Below, one piece after another: positions 62,127-64,000 of a stretch of DNA of 64,000 nt. This DNA is from Torpedo marmorata (taxonomy: Eukaryota). The stretch is taken from positions 101,122,001 through 101,186,000 of the forward strand of contig OZ360232.1 of NCBI GenBank assembly GCA_977017645.1, in the 5' to 3' direction. The position numbers and the translations under genes were made by a program. The notes beneath the pieces were generated by a model, which was not told where the DNA came from, ran no database searches, and saw nothing but the letters and a program-made list of their open reading frames with translations. Each line of letters opens with the position of its first letter. Position 1 is the stretch's first letter.

Positions 62127-64000
62127 TGATGAGCCCATCAATAACTTCAAAAGACTAGAAGTTGTATTTGAACTGAAAGGCTTTTATTAGCAAAAGAATG
62201 GAGTTACATCCATGCTGGTAATCTGTCCCGGACTGGGGGAGGAGTGGTGGCACAATCGCCTTTATTCAGGGTGTCTGTGGGAGGAGCCACCGGGACAGTC
62301 AGCAGAGGGCATGTCCAGACATATCATCCAGCCACAACCTATACACAGTGTTTACCACATTCACCCCTCCGTTTAAAAGAGTCCCACAGGGTGAAGGGTG
62401 TAACAATATTTACAAAATAAATTACAAATTAGTATATTTACAGGTCGAGTCAATCAGTCGATTGAGTCCGCCGCTGTGATCGGCGTGGTACTTGTGGTGA
62501 TGGGGCAGTCAGCGGTGCTGCCTCCTGCCTGATTGGAGGTACCAGCACGTCTGGTGTCAGCAAAACCTCGTGCGTATACGCCGCGGCCGGTACGGGGGTC
62601 TCGTTTGGTGTCTGTTTTGAATTGGGTGGTGTCTCCTGTGTGTCTCTAATGGTAGGTGCGGGGTTGACAGTAACCATGGAGTGTTTGGCGCAGGCACCAG
62701 CGCTCCTGCGGGCGTCAAGTCCCGGATGGAGACCGTGTCTTCCCGCCAATCAGGAAAAACCATGTAGGCGTACTGGAGGTTCGCATGTAGTAGTTGAACC
62801 CTCTCGATCATCGGGGCATATTTATTGCTCCTGACATGTTTCCGGAGCAGCACTGGCCCTGAGGACATCAGCCATGCTGGTAGGGTAGTCCCAGTGGTCG
62901 ACTTCCTGGGGAAGAAAGAGTCTCTCATGAGGGGTGGCATTGGTGGATGTGCATAGCAGGGAGCGGATGGAGTGGAGTGCCTCGGGAATGAATTCTTGCC
63001 AGCGGGAGACTAGTAATCTCTTAGACCTGAGGGCTAAGAGTGTGGCCTCCCAGACCGTGGCACTCTCCCTCTCCACGTCCATTCTCCCGGGGGTTATAGC
63101 TCGTGGTCCTGCTAGTCACGATACCCCTGGCCAGCAGGTATTGGCGCAGCTCCTCACTCATAAACGAGGACCCTCGGTCACTATGGATATCCAAACAATG
63201 TGAAGAATTTGAATAGGGCTTTTATGACCGAGGTGGTCGTGGTATCGGTGCAGGGAATGGCAAAAGGGAACCGCGAGTACTCGTCAATGACATTGAGAAA
63301 GTACACATTGTTGTCAGTGGAGGGGAGGCGGCCCTTAAAGTCGACGCCCAGTCGCTCAAATGGGCGGGTTGCTTTTATCCATTGTGCCTTGTCAGGTCGG
63401 TAGAAATACGGTTTGCACTGCGCGCAGACTTGGCAGTTCCCAGTCATCGTCCTGACCACTTCAAGGGAGTACGGCAGGTTTCGGGCTTTCACAAAGTGGA
63501 AAAGCCGGGTGACTCTTGGGTGGCAGAGGTCGCAGTGGAAGGCGTATAACCGGTCGATCTGTGCGCTGGCGCACGTCCCCCGGGATAGGGCATCGGAGGG
63601 CTCGTCGAGCTTCCCGGGCCGGTACATGATATCATAGTTGTAGGTGGAGAGTTCGATTCTTCACCTCAGGGTTTTATCGTTTTTGATTTTATCCCGCTGA
63701 TGGTTGCTGAACATAATGGTAACTGAGCGCTGGTCAGTCAGCAGGGTAAACCTTTTGCCAGCAAGACAGTGCCTGCAGTGCCTGATAGCTTCCACTATGG
63801 CCTGGGCCTCTTTTTCCACCGCTGAGTGCCGAATTTCTGGGCCTTGAAGGGTACGGGAGAAAAATGCCACCAGTCTTCCCGCATGGTTAAGGGTAGCAGC
63901 CAGTGCGAAGTCGGACGCGTCGCTCTCTACTTGGAAAGGAGTGGACTCGTCCACCGCGTGCATTGCTGCTTTGGCAATGTCCCCTTTGATGAGGCTGAAG
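62127..64000 (-). mobile_element. Degenerate Ty3/gypsy element: RNase H-integrase and 3' LTR (62127-62359); continues beyond the window
   Basis: FQVESDASD, EKEAQAI, LTDQRS, DALSR; H...CHP...CQVC, VDFKG, IDEYSRFPFA; PPT GGAGGGGTGAA before the minus-strand TGTGGTAAA...CATCA LTR containing AATAAA. Confidence 0.88.

Overview
Eukaryotic, transposon-dense DNA with no confidently identifiable intact host gene. The repeat set (V-SINE/HE1-like SINEs, CR1 LINEs with (TTCTATG)n tails, Penelope-like elements, L1/Tx1) suggests a vertebrate, most likely a cartilaginous fish (inference). Main contents: (1) A minus-strand BEL/Pao LTR element (~327-11973). Its RT/RNaseH/integrase core is replaced by ~1.1 kb of coiled-coil sequence, part of which closely resembles the host protein MIPOL1 as I recall it. 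(2) Two full-length copies (5445-11312, 54671-60477) and a solo LTR (16264-17190) of a Gmr1-like Ty3/gypsy family (gag-PR-IN-RH order). Both full copies lack the RT catalytic core at the same junction. (3) Many Penelope-like fragments with minimal hammerhead-ribozyme motifs, including a ~1.7 kb head-to-head palindrome. (4) An 18.4 kb nested stack bounded by Tigger/pogo-type TIRs (23098-41490). It holds a near-intact two-gene Harbinger transposon, three L1s (one 5'-inverted, one full length), Penelope pieces and a SINE-like element. (5) CR1, Rex1-like and RTE-like LINE fragments, SINEs, solo LTRs, a degenerate gypsy element at the right edge, and a 166-nt assembly gap. All calls are by eye from motifs, terminal repeats and target-site duplications (TSDs); no database search was run.
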